Positions 32,696-43,630 of a stretch of DNA of 64,000 nucleotides are shown in pieces; the stretch's first letter is position 1, and each line of letters starts with the position of its first letter. Made by a program: the position numbers and the translations under genes. The stretch is from Alphaproteobacteria bacterium (GTDB taxonomy: Bacteria > Pseudomonadota > Alphaproteobacteria > Micavibrionales > Micavibrionaceae): assembly GCA_046542355.1 (NCBI GenBank), contig JBKHBN010000002.1, positions 36,153-100,152 on the forward strand, read 5' to 3'. The notes below the pieces were generated by a model. The model did no database searches, was not told where the DNA came from, and was given only the letters and a program-made list of their open reading frames with translations.

Positions 32696-35197
32696 ATGAA
32701 CACAGATTATACAGAATTTGTAAATCGTTACCGCCGGAAAACCAAACCCTTCACGCCAAAAAAGAGCAATCAGATTCATCTGGCCTTATTGGTTGGCGTT
32801 GTGTGTCTTTATGTCATATCAATGATATATATCGTCTCCCAGATGCACATGAGCCAGAGTACTGTGATTTTGGCTATATGTGTGTTTTTGATGGCCAGCG
32901 CGCTGGCTTACGCCACGCGGCGCACGCAGGCTTTGCTCAAACGGCAGGAAAAAGGATTAATCTTGCTCAATGAGGTTTTCGAGAGCAGCCGCGGCGGGCG
33001 TATGATTACAGACGGATCTGATAACACGCTGCATTGTAATACAAAATTCAAAGAGATCTGCACGCCCCAGCAGCCCGGAACCTACGCCGGACTGGTTGAT
33101 ATGTTCTCCAGCAATGACAAGGCCGCTACCTTGTTCGAGGCACTATCGGAAAAAGCACATAACGGGGTTGCCGATTCTATAGAACTTTACTGCCAAAAGC
33201 AGGACTATGAAGGCTGGTATCAGGTTTCCGCCCAGCCCGTTCCCGGGCACGCTGGTTTTATACACTGGCGAATCGATAATGTTACAGAGCGCTACACCGC
33301 CGATCGTGCAGTGCGTGATGAGCGCGAGAAATTGATAGACTTCACCGATAATGCGCCCGTTGGCTTTTTCTCCGTTGATGAAAGCGGGCAATTTGTTTTT
33401 GCCAATGCAACGCTGGCGCGCTGGCTGGGTGTTGATCTGCAAGAGCTGCTTGACAAGGAATACGTGCACACATACCTGCTTAACCCGCCCAAAAAGGGCA
33501 AGCCTTATGATCTGATAGATAAGGGCGGCGATAAGCAGCTTGTTGAAGTTGAAATGAAAGGAGCTGGAGGTAAAACATTTCTGGCTTCAATTAACCAAAG
33601 CATTATGGTTGATAAAAACGCCAAGGTCAGAACGCGCGCTGTTGTCCACGATCTAACGTCCGAGCACGAGATGCGCCGTGCACTCAAAGCCTCGGAAGAC
33701 CGGTTCTTGCGGTTTTATGAAGAAGCCCCTCTGGGCATCATTCTGGTGAATAATGACGGGCTGATCGAAGACTGTAATAGCCAGTTTGCCCATATGATAG
33801 GTCAAACGCGCAGTGCAATTGAAAAAACGCACTTTAAGCTTCTCATTGCCGATGAAGATCGCGAGCGCGTACTCGAGACTATGAAGAAGATGCAAAAAGG
33901 CCAGAGCATGAAAGAAGCGCTGGAGGTTTCTTTGCAAGGACAAGATAGCAGCAAGGTTTCAACGCAGCTTCATGCAAGACACCTGACAGATAACGGGGTT
34001 ACAGTACTACATTTTATAGATGTCACAGACAAAAAAGCACTGGAGCAGCAATTTGTACAATCCCAGAAAATGCAGGCCGTCGGTCAGCTCGCAGGTGGTA
34101 TAGCGCATGATTTTAATAATCTTCTCACAGCCATCATTGGCTTTTGTGACCTGCTGCTATTGCGTCACAGACCCGGCGATCCGTCTTTTGGCGATATCAT
34201 GCAGATCAAGCAAAACTCAAACCGCGCCTCAAATCTCGTTAGACAGCTTCTGGCCTTCTCGCGCCAGCAAACACTTAGGCCGCGCGTGCATGATATAACT
34301 GATATTCTAACCGAACTTTCGCATCTATTGCGCCGCCTCATCGGGGCTACGATTGAACTGGATATGACCCACGGCTCTGATTTGGGGCTGGTCAAGGTTG
34401 ATGAAGGACAAATGGAACAGGTGCTGATTAACCTGGCCGTAAACGCTCGTGATGCAATGAAAGGTCAAGGATACTTATCTATCACAACCGAAAATTTTAC
34501 CAATAAGGAAGAGTTGAGCGTTATAGAAGAAAAAATGCCGCCGGGGCACTGGGTGCTGATTAAGGTCACCGATACGGGATGCGGTATATCAAAAGACAAT
34601 ATCAGCCGGATCTTGGAGCCGTTCTTTACCACAAAAGCAGTGGGAGAGGGCACGGGGCTGGGGCTTGCAACCGTCTATGGCATTATCCGCCAGACTGGCG
34701 GTTTCCTGGATATAGAAAGCGAGATAGGAAAGGGGACAACATTCTTCATTTATCTGCCACGCATATCGGAAACAGAAGAAGAAGAGGATATGCCCGCAGC
34801 AGAAGAAAAAAATGCAAGCAAAGACTTAACCGGATCGGAATGCATTTTGCTGGTGGAAGACGAAACTGCCGTGCGCACCTTCGCGCAAAGGGCTTTGGTC
34901 AATAAGGGCTATGAGGTACTAAGCGCTGAAAACGGCGAAATTGCGCTGGAGATGCTCCAGGAAGAAGGGCTGGATAAAATCGATCTTCTGGTCACAGATG
35001 TAGTGATGCCCGGAATTGACGGGCCAACTTTGGCACAGCGTGTCCGTCAAAGCAGCCCGAACCTGAAGATTATTTTTATGTCGGGTTATACCGAAGATAA
35101 ATTGAAAGAATATATGGGAGATAACACATATTTCCTACCCAAACCATTCACCCTTAAAGGGCTTGCCGCCAAGGTTAAGGATGTATTGGGTGTGTAA
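32696..35197 (+). CDS. cckA: Cell-cycle hybrid histidine kinase CckA
   Basis: Two N-terminal TM helices and PAS regions. The H-box block MQAVGQLAGGIAHDFNNLLTAIIGFCDLLLLRHRPGDPSFGDIMQIKQNSNRASNLVRQLLAFSRQQ closely parallels Caulobacter CckA. HATPase N/G boxes and a C-terminal receiver (LLVEDE...LVTDVVMPG) are present. Confidence 0.8.
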   Translation: MNTDYTEFVNRYRRKTKPFTPKKSNQIHLALLVGVVCLYVISMIYIVSQMHMSQSTVILAICVFLMASALAYATRRTQALLKRQEKGLILLNEVFESSRGGRMITDGSDNTLHCNTKFKEICTPQQPGTYAGLVDMFSSNDKAATLFEALSEKAHNGVADSIELYCQKQDYEGWYQVSAQPVPGHAGFIHWRIDNVTERYTADRAVRDEREKLIDFTDNAPVGFFSVDESGQFVFANATLARWLGVDLQELLDKEYVHTYLLNPPKKGKPYDLIDKGGDKQLVEVEMKGAGGKTFLASINQSIMVDKNAKVRTRAVVHDLTSEHEMRRALKASEDRFLRFYEEAPLGIILVNNDGLIEDCNSQFAHMIGQTRSAIEKTHFKLLIADEDRERVLETMKKMQKGQSMKEALEVSLQGQDSSKVSTQLHARHLTDNGVTVLHFIDVTDKKALEQQFVQSQKMQAVGQLAGGIAHDFNNLLTAIIGFCDLLLLRHRPGDPSFGDIMQIKQNSNRASNLVRQLLAFSRQQTLRPRVHDITDILTELSHLLRRLIGATIELDMTHGSDLGLVKVDEGQMEQVLINLAVNARDAMKGQGYLSITTENFTNKEELSVIEEKMPPGHWVLIKVTDTGCGISKDNISRILEPFFTTKAVGEGTGLGLATVYGIIRQTGGFLDIESEIGKGTTFFIYLPRISETEEEEDMPAAEEKNASKDLTGSECILLVEDETAVRTFAQRALVNKGYEVLSAENGEIALEMLQEEGLDKIDLLVTDVVMPGIDGPTLAQRVRQSSPNLKIIFMSGYTEDKLKEYMGDNTYFLPKPFTLKGLAAKVKDVLGV

Positions 35198-35216
35198 CAG
35201 CATGGCGCATTATTTT

Positions 35217-35231
35217 GTTCACCATATGTTC
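35217..35231 (+). promoter_or_regulatory. Alphaproteobacterial LexA (SOS) box GTTC-N7-GTTC upstream of recA
   Basis: GTTCACCATATGTTC is an exact match to the direct-repeat SOS operator described for Rhodobacter and Rhizobium. It sits about 170 nt upstream of the recA ATG. Confidence 0.7.
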
Positions 35232-35401
35232 ACAATTGGCTTGACACAAGAATAAAAGTAGAACATTGTGATGTGTATAAGCGCATAAGAGCGAGCGCTT
35301 ATATATTGAATGGCACAACCAACTATGCGACAAGAGACACAAATGCTATGAATACGAAACGATGCCACCAAGACAGCGAGAATACGAGTAAGGATATAGA
35401 T

Positions 35402-36457
35402 ATGACACAAAATAACGCCGAAAAACAAAAAGCCTTGGATGCAGCTCTTTCCCAGATTGAGCGAGCCTTCGGAAAAGGCTCTATCATGAAGATGAATGAC
35501 GGCCAGAAAATAGAGGTGGAAGCGGTGTCTACAGGGTCTCTGGGGCTTGATATCGCCCTTGGAATAGGTGGGTTGCCCCGTGGCCGTATTATTGAAATTT
35601 ATGGCCCTGAAAGCTCCGGTAAAACAACAATGGCGCTCCATGCGATTGCAGAAGCGCAAAAAAGCGGTGGAACTTGTGCAATTATTGATGCTGAACATGC
35701 GCTTGATCCCGGCTATGCTAAAAAACTAGGCGTTGATATTGACAATCTCCTGATCTCTCAGCCCGACGCAGGGGAGCAGGCTTTGGAGATTACCGATACG
35801 CTCGTGCGTTCAGGAGCACTGGATGTGCTGGTTATTGATTCGGTGGCGGCGCTTGTACCGCGCGCTGAACTGGAAGGGGAAATGGGAGACAGCCATATGG
35901 GGCTGCAGGCACGCTTGATGTCTCAGGCCTTGCGCAAACTCACAGGCTCTATTTCCCGTTCACGAACAGTTGTAATTTTCATCAACCAGATTCGCATGAA
36001 AATCGGTGTGATGTTTGGCTCTCCTGAAACCACAACCGGGGGAAACGCATTAAAATTTTATTCTTCCGTACGTCTTGATATTCGCCGCATTGGAGCAATC
36101 AAGGACAAAGACGAGATCATAGGCAACCAGACCCGCGTCAAGGTCGTGAAGAATAAAATGGCACCCCCTTTTCGTCAGGTTGAGTTTGATATCATGTATG
36201 GTGAAGGAATATCCAAGCTGGGAGAATTGATCGACCTTGGAGTGAAAGCTAATCTCGTTGATAAGGCTGGATCATGGTTTTCCTACGAGGATCAGCGCAT
36301 CGGTCAGGGGCGGGAAAACGTAAAGAAATTTTTCCGTGAAAATCCTGAAATCGCTGCCAAGCTGGAAAAGCAAATCCGTGGAGATGCCGGCCTTATTGCC
36401 GAGGATATGCTAGGCGGCGTAGATGGAACCGATAAAGCCGCAAATGATGAGGCCTAG
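35402..36457 (+). CDS. recA: Recombinase RecA
   Basis: Start trimmed to the ATG at 35402 ([31 protein letters not shown]). Walker A is GPESSGKTT, and the sequence is canonical throughout. Confidence 0.98.
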   Translation: MTQNNAEKQKALDAALSQIERAFGKGSIMKMNDGQKIEVEAVSTGSLGLDIALGIGGLPRGRIIEIYGPESSGKTTMALHAIAEAQKSGGTCAIIDAEHALDPGYAKKLGVDIDNLLISQPDAGEQALEITDTLVRSGALDVLVIDSVAALVPRAELEGEMGDSHMGLQARLMSQALRKLTGSISRSRTVVIFINQIRMKIGVMFGSPETTTGGNALKFYSSVRLDIRRIGAIKDKDEIIGNQTRVKVVKNKMAPPFRQVEFDIMYGEGISKLGELIDLGVKANLVDKAGSWFSYEDQRIGQGRENVKKFFRENPEIAAKLEKQIRGDAGLIAEDMLGGVDGTDKAANDEA

Positions 36458-36642
36458 AAAAACGGCCAAATGAGCCCCTTTGAACAGTAAACAGCAGACC
36501 TCATTGTAAGGTAGTGAATTGGTCAAGGGACATAAGAAGGAGAGGAAGAAATAACAATCCAGAAGCCTTCTGTGCAAAGGCTGCAAATGGCAAAGCTTTG
36601 CCCGTAACAATGACATACCCGCTCAGGACAGATACAAAAACT

Positions 36643-37140
36643 CTACAGCTGATTTGTTTTCAACAGGCGCTGTTTTTGTTTGTTCCAGTCACGTTTTTTC
36701 TGCGTCTCGCGCTTATCGTGCAGCTTCTTGCCTTTGGCTAGAGCAATTTCCAGCTTCACCTTGCCGCGCGCATCAAAATAAAGACGCGTTGCAACAATGC
36801 TCATCCCCTCACGGGAAACAGAGCCAATAAGCTTGTTAATCTCACGCTTGTGCAATAAAAGCTTGCGCGGTCTTTTCGGGTCATGCTGCAAATGCGCTCC
36901 GGCTTGCTGGTATTCAGGGATATTGGCATTAAACAGCCATAGCTCTCCATCCTTGGGTCCAACGTAGGATTCCTTGATGCTGCACTGCCCAAGACGCAAA
37001 GACTTGACCTCTGTGCCTTTAAGCATAATTCCGGCTTCAAAATGATCGTGCAACTCGTAATCAAACCGCGCTTTTTTATTATCACCCACGGTTTGACTCG
37101 TCGAGATCATGCCGGATTTTTTTTTATTCTTTTTGGACAT
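36643..37140 (-). CDS. smpB: SsrA-binding protein SmpB
   Basis: NKKARFDYELHDHFEAGIMLKGTEVKSLR...RPRKLLLHKREINKL...LEIALAKGKKLHDKRE. Confidence 0.95.
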   Translation of the reverse strand: MSKKNKKKSGMISTSQTVGDNKKARFDYELHDHFEAGIMLKGTEVKSLRLGQCSIKESYVGPKDGELWLFNANIPEYQQAGAHLQHDPKRPRKLLLHKREINKLIGSVSREGMSIVATRLYFDARGKVKLEIALAKGKKLHDKRETQKKRDWNKQKQRLLKTNQL

Positions 37141-37190
37141 CAGTACAATCTAGCCAGTATTTCCAGTCATTACAAAAATAAAATCCATGT

Positions 37191-38084
37191 CTATGCAGCC
37201 TTGGAGGCAACAGGCTTGATATTGGCATATGCCAGAGCCGCATCCACCTTCTTTCGCGCCTGCGCCGAAGCAGATAACAGGGGTAAACGAACCTCATTAT
37301 AGCAAAGACCAAGAACATGAGCTGCATATTTGACTGGCGCCGGGTTGCTCTCACAAAACAGATCTCTGGCCAGCAAGTGCAAACGATCACGCAGCTCTTT
37401 GAATGTTTCCAGATCACCGCGCCGCCAGGCCTCTTGCATTGTTGCACATTCTTTAGGTGCAACATTAGAAACAACGGAAATACACCCGTGCCCGCCTTGG
37501 GCCAGAAATGACGCAGCGGTAACATCTTCGCCTGAAAGCTGACAAAAATCAGAGCCAATCACATGAAGCGTGCTCGCAACGCGGCTTAGATCACCAGTTG
37601 CATCCTTAACCCCGACAATATTGGGAAGCTTGGCAAGGCTGGCCATTGTCTCAACGCTCATATCAATAACGCAGCGCCCCGGAATATTGTAAATCACAAT
37701 AGGCAGCGAAACGCCGTCATGAATTGTTTTATAATGAGCGATCAAAGCTTCTTGAGACGGCTTGTTATAATAAGGCGTTACTATTAACGCGGCATCAGCA
37801 CCCACATCTTTTGCATGTTGGGTTAGCGACAAAGCCTCTTTTGTATTATTTGAACCTGTTCCGGCAATAACTGGAATTCTTCCCTTGACCACATCGACAC
37901 AACGCTTAACAATGGCATGATGTTCTTCATGAGACAGGGTCGGGGATTCTCCGGTCGTACCACAGGGAACCAATGCATGCGTGCCATTTTCAATTTGCCA
38001 TTCTATGAGCGTTTCATAGGCCGGCCAGTCGATCTCACCATTTTTAAACGGAGTAATCAACGCCGTGATGGAACCATAAAACAT
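37191..38084 (-). CDS. dapA: 4-hydroxy-tetrahydrodipicolinate synthase DapA
   Basis: GSITALITPF...LVPCGTTGESPTLSHEEH...YNKPSQEAL...VGVKDATGDL. Confidence 0.95.
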   Translation of the reverse strand: MFYGSITALITPFKNGEIDWPAYETLIEWQIENGTHALVPCGTTGESPTLSHEEHHAIVKRCVDVVKGRIPVIAGTGSNNTKEALSLTQHAKDVGADAALIVTPYYNKPSQEALIAHYKTIHDGVSLPIVIYNIPGRCVIDMSVETMASLAKLPNIVGVKDATGDLSRVASTLHVIGSDFCQLSGEDVTAASFLAQGGHGCISVVSNVAPKECATMQEAWRRGDLETFKELRDRLHLLARDLFCESNPAPVKYAAHVLGLCYNEVRLPLLSASAQARKKVDAALAYANIKPVASKAA

Positions 38085-38114
38085 AACTTCTCTTTCTCTT
38101 TACAGGTCTTGAAT

Positions 38115-40262
38115 ATGGGCAATAATCTATCGCGTACAAAGGGTTTTGGCAAGAAGGGGCAAACCTTTCACGGGCAATCTGTATGGTCATACAAAAGAAA
38201 ACATGTATTCTTTTCTTTTATGCTGCTTGCAGTGATAGCAGGCAGCGCAGCATATTCGCACCAAAATGCCTTTGCAACGCCTCCATATGATGCAAACTAC
38301 ACCGCAGAACTCGACCGTAATTACAGTATATTCTCCCGCAGGCAAACACACACAGCTAGAACGTTAACGGTAAGAGCGCTCCAGCTTATAGAGGAGGGGC
38401 GATGGGAAGACGGAGAAAATTTTATTGCGCAAAGTAAGGATCCTTTGGCCGCTAAAATATATCACTGGTTGCTACTTGGAAATACGGAAGATGGAGGATG
38501 GAACAATCGGCTGTTTATGCGGTTGTCTCAGTTTATCCGGCATAACCCTGAATGGCCCGGTGTTAAAGAAATGAAAGCGCGCGCTGAAGAGGTCATGCCC
38601 GACACATTATCAAATAATGAAGTTCTGGTCTGGTACGAAGAGTTCTCCCCTCAAAGTTTTGAGGGAATGACCAGATACGTGCAGGCCTTGATTATCGATG
38701 GGCAACATGAGCGCGCCAAAGAGATTTTGGCGCATTGGTGGGCAGGTTCAGATATCTCGCGCGCGCAGCAAAAACAGATTGTAAGTAATTACAAAGATTA
38801 TCTGACACATGAAGCGCACAAAAAGCGCTGTGATGCCCTGTTATATAAGGGAGATTACGGCAACGCTCTGGCTCTTGCCGATCTCATCGGAGGCGGCTAC
38901 CCCGCCTTGGCTAAGGCGCGCATGGCACTGGCGCAGAATAAGAACACGGGACATGCCGTGCGCATTGGCCGGATTCCAAAAGATCTGCTTAACGACCCGG
39001 GATTGTTATTCGAGCGCCTGCGCTGGCGCCGAAAACGTGATCTGGATCATGGTGCATTAGAAATTCTAGACAAAACCCCGCCAGCTGAATATGTACAAAA
39101 TAAAGAACAATGGTGGAAAGAACGCCACATCATGATTCGTCGCTTATTGGAAAGGGGGCAGTATCAAAAGGCTTATGAATTGGCCGCCGCGCATATTCAG
39201 GAAGACGGGTTTGCCTACGCTCAGGCACAATGGGTCGCAGGGTGGTTGGCACTTCGCCTTATTCACAGACCAACAGAAGCCTATGAACGGTTTCGCGCAC
39301 TTTATGCCAGAGTTATCACACCGGTTAGCAAATCACGCGCCGCATACTGGGCAGGGAGAGCCTCCGAGGATATGGGGCAAAGCGTTATGGCGCAAGGATG
39401 GTATAAAAAAGCCGCAGAATACAAGACGACATTTTATGGTCAAATGGCAGCAGCCGCGCTCTCAATAGAAAATAAACTGCCACCAAGGCGCCTGCCTGCA
39501 TTATCTGATTCACAACGTCAAAATTACGAACGCTCAGAGCTTATTCAGGCTGCGGATATATTTAAGGAAGCAGGACAGAAAAAAAGATATGAATCCTTCA
39601 TTGAAGCCTTCCTTAAAAAAGATTCTTCGCCAAAAGCATACAGGTTCGTTGCAGAACGCATTGCAGAGCAGGGAGATCGTCCTCTGGCCATAAAATTTGC
39701 TAAAACAGCAATGGAAAAGGGATATTTTTTGACAAAACAGTCTTATCCGACAATTACAAAACACCTGAAAAATATTCAGGACGCTGAGTGGGCGCTTATT
39801 CATGCCATAATACGTCAGGAAAGCATGTTCGATGTAAATGCCAGAAGCTTTGCCGGTGCGCTGGGATTAATGCAGATAATGCCTTCAACAGCAAAACATA
39901 TAGCCAAAGCGACAAAAGTATCCTACCGGAAAAAATGGCTGACATTCAACCCGCAATATAACCTCAAACTCGGCTCCTGGTATATAGGAGAGCTTGTGCA
40001 GCGATATGATGGAAGTTATCCGCTGGCTATTGCGGCTTATAACGCAGGGCCTAGCCGTGTATATGAGTGGTTGCAGGTTTTTGGAGATCCCCGTAAAGGG
40101 CAAGTGGATATGGTCGACTGGATAGAGCTAATTCCAATATATGAGACACGCAATTATATTCAGCGCGTAATGGAAAGCCTTTACATCTATCGTTTGAGAT
40201 TAAAACACATACAAAGGAAACCGGAATTCCCGCTTCATGCCGATATCTATAACACCAAGTAA
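38115..40262 (+). CDS. slt: Soluble lytic murein transglycosylase (Slt family)
   Basis: Start trimmed to the ATG at 38115 to remove the overlap with dapA. There is a signal or TM region, a superhelical N-terminal domain, and a C-terminal SLT domain (IIRQESMFDVNARSFAGALGLMQIMPSTA...AAYNAGPSRV). Confidence 0.85.
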   Translation: MGNNLSRTKGFGKKGQTFHGQSVWSYKRKHVFFSFMLLAVIAGSAAYSHQNAFATPPYDANYTAELDRNYSIFSRRQTHTARTLTVRALQLIEEGRWEDGENFIAQSKDPLAAKIYHWLLLGNTEDGGWNNRLFMRLSQFIRHNPEWPGVKEMKARAEEVMPDTLSNNEVLVWYEEFSPQSFEGMTRYVQALIIDGQHERAKEILAHWWAGSDISRAQQKQIVSNYKDYLTHEAHKKRCDALLYKGDYGNALALADLIGGGYPALAKARMALAQNKNTGHAVRIGRIPKDLLNDPGLLFERLRWRRKRDLDHGALEILDKTPPAEYVQNKEQWWKERHIMIRRLLERGQYQKAYELAAAHIQEDGFAYAQAQWVAGWLALRLIHRPTEAYERFRALYARVITPVSKSRAAYWAGRASEDMGQSVMAQGWYKKAAEYKTTFYGQMAAAALSIENKLPPRRLPALSDSQRQNYERSELIQAADIFKEAGQKKRYESFIEAFLKKDSSPKAYRFVAERIAEQGDRPLAIKFAKTAMEKGYFLTKQSYPTITKHLKNIQDAEWALIHAIIRQESMFDVNARSFAGALGLMQIMPSTAKHIAKATKVSYRKKWLTFNPQYNLKLGSWYIGELVQRYDGSYPLAIAAYNAGPSRVYEWLQVFGDPRKGQVDMVDWIELIPIYETRNYIQRVMESLYIYRLRLKHIQRKPEFPLHADIYNTK

Positions 40263-40431
40263 CCCTGCAAAACATTGATAACAATCATTGATTCCTGCCT
40301 ATATTTGCTTTTCTGCATGCTTTTGGTTTTATGGATGCGCATACTATGCTAAAGTACAGAGCGCCTGCTGTACGCTCATACGTCAAAGGGGGCAGAACAA
40401 CCATAAAATTTAACCTGTGCGAAGGAAGAAG

Positions 40432-41160
40432 ATGAAGCTCCTGATTGCGGATGATCATACCCTGTTTAGAGACGCCCTTGTCCAGTATATACAAAGAGCC
40501 AACCCCGAGTGCAAAGTAACCCTTGCAGGGGATTTTTACGAAGCGCTTAATATTTTAAAGAAAAACCCCGATCATGATCTTGTGATTTTGGATCTGCGCA
40601 TGCCCGGTATGAACGGGATGCAGGGCTTTGAGACATTAAAAGAGAAGTTTCCAAAGCTGCGCGTAGCATTGATGTCGGGCGTGGCAGAAGAAGAAGATGT
40701 CGAAAAGGCAATAGAAATTGGTGCTGTAGGATATTTCCCCAAAACCATGTCAGGCCGTTCTTTGCTCGGAGCGATCAGGCAGGTGATAGAAGGGGATAAA
40801 TATATCCCCACAGGAAGCAGCGCGGCCTACATGCCTTCTTATTATACGGATCGTACCGGAACTGAAAATGGTGAAAACAAAGCAACGCATGCGAATAAAC
40901 CCGATTTTACGCCCCGCGAGTCAGAAGTTTTGTCATATCTTCTTGATGGAGCATCAAACAAAGACATCGCACGCGCCCTCAATCTTCAGGTTGTAACGGT
41001 CAAACTACACGTAAGGGGCATATGTCGCAAGCTCGATGCGAAAAACAGAACGCAGGCGGCGCTCAGGGCAAAGAGTTTTGGAATAATGCCCGTGACTTTG
41101 GAACAAATGGCAAAAGCATCCTCTTCACAAGGGGAAGATAAAAGTAAAATGCCACAATAA
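40432..41160 (+). CDS. LuxR/FixJ-family response regulator
   Basis: Receiver domain (MKLLIADDH...LVILDLRMPGMNG...) and a C-terminal HTH (FTPRESEVLSYLLDGASNKDIARALNLQVVTVKLHVRGICRKL). Confidence 0.9.
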   Translation: MKLLIADDHTLFRDALVQYIQRANPECKVTLAGDFYEALNILKKNPDHDLVILDLRMPGMNGMQGFETLKEKFPKLRVALMSGVAEEEDVEKAIEIGAVGYFPKTMSGRSLLGAIRQVIEGDKYIPTGSSAAYMPSYYTDRTGTENGENKATHANKPDFTPRESEVLSYLLDGASNKDIARALNLQVVTVKLHVRGICRKLDAKNRTQAALRAKSFGIMPVTLEQMAKASSSQGEDKSKMPQ

Positions 41161-41188
41161 AATAATTAAAATAAAAACAAAAAATTAG

Positions 41189-43621
41189 ATGATTCCTTCT
41201 CAAGAACACATAAATGGATATCTTTTTTATGTTCCTGGTATGGTGCTCTTGCCCTTGGCTGTCCTGACCTTGTTTCTGACGGATCATTTAATGCATTCCC
41301 GGCAGGAAATAAAGAATAATTATGAAGATTATGTCCAATATTTAGCCGAAATAGGCAGCGCTGTTCATGGGCTTGAACATCTTTACGCCGATTTTCTTGC
41401 CGGCAAGAATGAAGCTGCGCTTGAGATGCTCCAAAAGAAGAGTGAAAAACTGCAAACGAACCTAAGAGCAGCCCAAAAGAAGTCTGATACATTTTTTGAG
41501 AAAACGGCAGGCCAGAATTCTATACAAGAAGATATATTGGACAGGCTGCAAACAGAATTAGAGCACATATCGCAGACCATCAACAATTTTACTGCCCGAA
41601 AGGCGAGCAATGCCGACGCACCGGGTCACAGAAACGATCAACGTGATGATGAGGTAATAAATCAACATCAGCGCCTGAAAAACATACACAGGGACATCCA
41701 TCAGCTGGAAAATATGGCGGCATACAGTTTCTATGAAAAAATAGAAGATGAAATTGTACAAGAAGAGAAAGGGCTTTATTGGCTCAGCGCTATTATCGCA
41801 CTGACAGCCATTATTCTGCTCACCATCAATAAAAGGCGTTTGGCAGAATTGGAAACCTTGTATGCTGACAAAAGATCAGCGCTGGAACAGCTTGAGGAGC
41901 GCTTGGCTCTACTCGAAACAACAACAGACGGCATACTCATCGTCAACGCCAAAGGACAGATGACATATCTTAATGATGCCCTATACAGGCTCATCACGGC
42001 CAAGGAAAAGGCACAGAATAAGAAGGATAAGCACAGGGAAGAAAAAAGAAAAGCGCTGTTTGGAAAACCGTGGCAAGAAATATTCTCCCGCTCGGATGTA
42101 GAACTGCTAGAAGAAGAAATTATACCGGAACTGAAATATAAAGGCGTATGGGTTGGACATTTTCAAATACATACCGAAAATGGAACGCGCGTTTCAACAA
42201 ACATGTCTCTCACGCGCCTGCCCGAGGGCGGGTTTATTGGAACCCTTCAGGACATGTCCTACAGAAATCAGGCCGAAGAAGAAAAAAAACAGCTTGAAGA
42301 ACAATTTTATCAGGCACAAAAAATGGAAGCAATTGGGCGTCTCGCGGGAGGAATGGCGCATGATTTTAACAACATACTGGCAGCGATGAACGGTTATGCT
42401 GAATTTCTTGTCGATGATCTTGAGACCGGAACAAATCAGCATAGATTTGCATTGAATATACTTTCGGCGGGTCGTCAGGCACGCTCACTTGTTGACCAAA
42501 TGCTCGCTTTTTCCCGCCGCGGTGAAAATCTGGGCACAAGCGAGGTCTTTGATCTTGGCGCGATGCTCAAGGATATCATCGATATGCTCTCTGCGACCTT
42601 GCCAAAGACAGTGGAACTGCGCGTGGATATTCTCCCCGGCGAGTCCTGCATAAATGGCAATAAAACCCATATATCCCAGATGATAATGAACCTGTGCGTC
42701 AATGCGATTGACGCGCTTGAAGAAGAAAAGGGAGATCTGGAGATCACGATGAACGCGCTAAATGATATTCATAATATTGATATCCAGAAGATTGACACCC
42801 GGAACATAGTAAGGGAAATGCTGCCTGATCCATCAGAAACGCCGTATTTGCGCATTGATGATATAGACGCAGGCCGCACGCAAATGATTTTAGGGTATCT
42901 GGCACAGGGACAGCGCTATATTAAGACTACAATTCGAGATTCTGGAATGGGCATCAGCCGCGCTATTATGGAACAGATCTTTGAACCCTTTTTTACGACA
43001 AAGTCGGTGGACAAAGGCTCTGGCTTGGGACTATCTGCTGTACACGGCATCTTATCAGCTCATAAGGGCTTTATGGTTCTTGATAGCACAATTGGACAAG
43101 GAACACGCTTTGATATCTACTTGCCCGGTATAATGGAGTGTACGCCATACGATGAGGACTGGGATAATTCCGGCCTGCAGAGAAAAAAGAGCCGTTCAGC
43201 TGTCAAGGAAGGCAAAGAAAAGAATAAAGAGGCCGGACTTAAAATCCTGCTTGTAGAAGATCAGGAAGAAGTCCGGGACATGATTATGACAGCGCTTGAA
43301 CGGTTGGGACATAATGCGTGCTGCGTGCAAGATGGCATGGAGGGGCTTGATATAATCCGTGAAAATCCTGATAGCTTTGATCTGGTGATTACCGACCAGA
43401 ACATGCCAAGAATGACAGGCATGGAAATGGTTCACCAGATTGCGTATGATCTGCCGGATCTGCCTTTTGTTCTGCTCTCGGGATATAGCAAGGAAAAAAT
43501 GCTGGAGATGATAAAAGATCATGTGTCCTTCAAGGCTATACTACGCAAGCCCGTTTCACACGTAAAGCTGGCAGAAGTCATTGAGCAGGTAATGATAACC
43601 GATATGGGCGCAGAAATATAA
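41189..43621 (+). CDS. Hybrid sensor histidine kinase/response regulator (coiled-coil sensor, PAS, HisKA, HATPase, REC)
   Basis: H-box AIGRLAGGMAHDFNNILAAMNGYAEFL, G-boxes DSGMGISRAIMEQIFEPFFTTK and GSGLGLS, and receiver ILLVEDQEEV...LVITDQNMPRMTG. Confidence 0.85.
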   Translation: MIPSQEHINGYLFYVPGMVLLPLAVLTLFLTDHLMHSRQEIKNNYEDYVQYLAEIGSAVHGLEHLYADFLAGKNEAALEMLQKKSEKLQTNLRAAQKKSDTFFEKTAGQNSIQEDILDRLQTELEHISQTINNFTARKASNADAPGHRNDQRDDEVINQHQRLKNIHRDIHQLENMAAYSFYEKIEDEIVQEEKGLYWLSAIIALTAIILLTINKRRLAELETLYADKRSALEQLEERLALLETTTDGILIVNAKGQMTYLNDALYRLITAKEKAQNKKDKHREEKRKALFGKPWQEIFSRSDVELLEEEIIPELKYKGVWVGHFQIHTENGTRVSTNMSLTRLPEGGFIGTLQDMSYRNQAEEEKKQLEEQFYQAQKMEAIGRLAGGMAHDFNNILAAMNGYAEFLVDDLETGTNQHRFALNILSAGRQARSLVDQMLAFSRRGENLGTSEVFDLGAMLKDIIDMLSATLPKTVELRVDILPGESCINGNKTHISQMIMNLCVNAIDALEEEKGDLEITMNALNDIHNIDIQKIDTRNIVREMLPDPSETPYLRIDDIDAGRTQMILGYLAQGQRYIKTTIRDSGMGISRAIMEQIFEPFFTTKSVDKGSGLGLSAVHGILSAHKGFMVLDSTIGQGTRFDIYLPGIMECTPYDEDWDNSGLQRKKSRSAVKEGKEKNKEAGLKILLVEDQEEVRDMIMTALERLGHNACCVQDGMEGLDIIRENPDSFDLVITDQNMPRMTGMEMVHQIAYDLPDLPFVLLSGYSKEKMLEMIKDHVSFKAILRKPVSHVKLAEVIEQVMITDMGAEI

Positions 43622-43630
43622 CGCATAACG

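Noticed and set aside
35273-35401. N-terminal 43-aa extension of recA (and similarly 37917-38114 for slt)
   Set aside because: RecA homology starts at [13 protein letters not shown] (ATG 35402). The slt extension overlaps the dapA coding region on the opposite strand and precedes the signal or TM segment.
36589-36602. Palindrome GGCAAAGCTTTGCC between convergent recA and smpB as a terminator
   Set aside because: The stem has no loop and there is no flanking U-tract on either strand. It may still be structural, but I cannot call it a terminator.
40273-40294. Fur-box-like AT-rich direct repeat CATTGATAACAATCATTGATTC after slt
   Set aside because: It does not align in register with the 19-bp Fur consensus or the alphaproteobacterial Irr/RirA boxes, and it lies downstream of a gene end.
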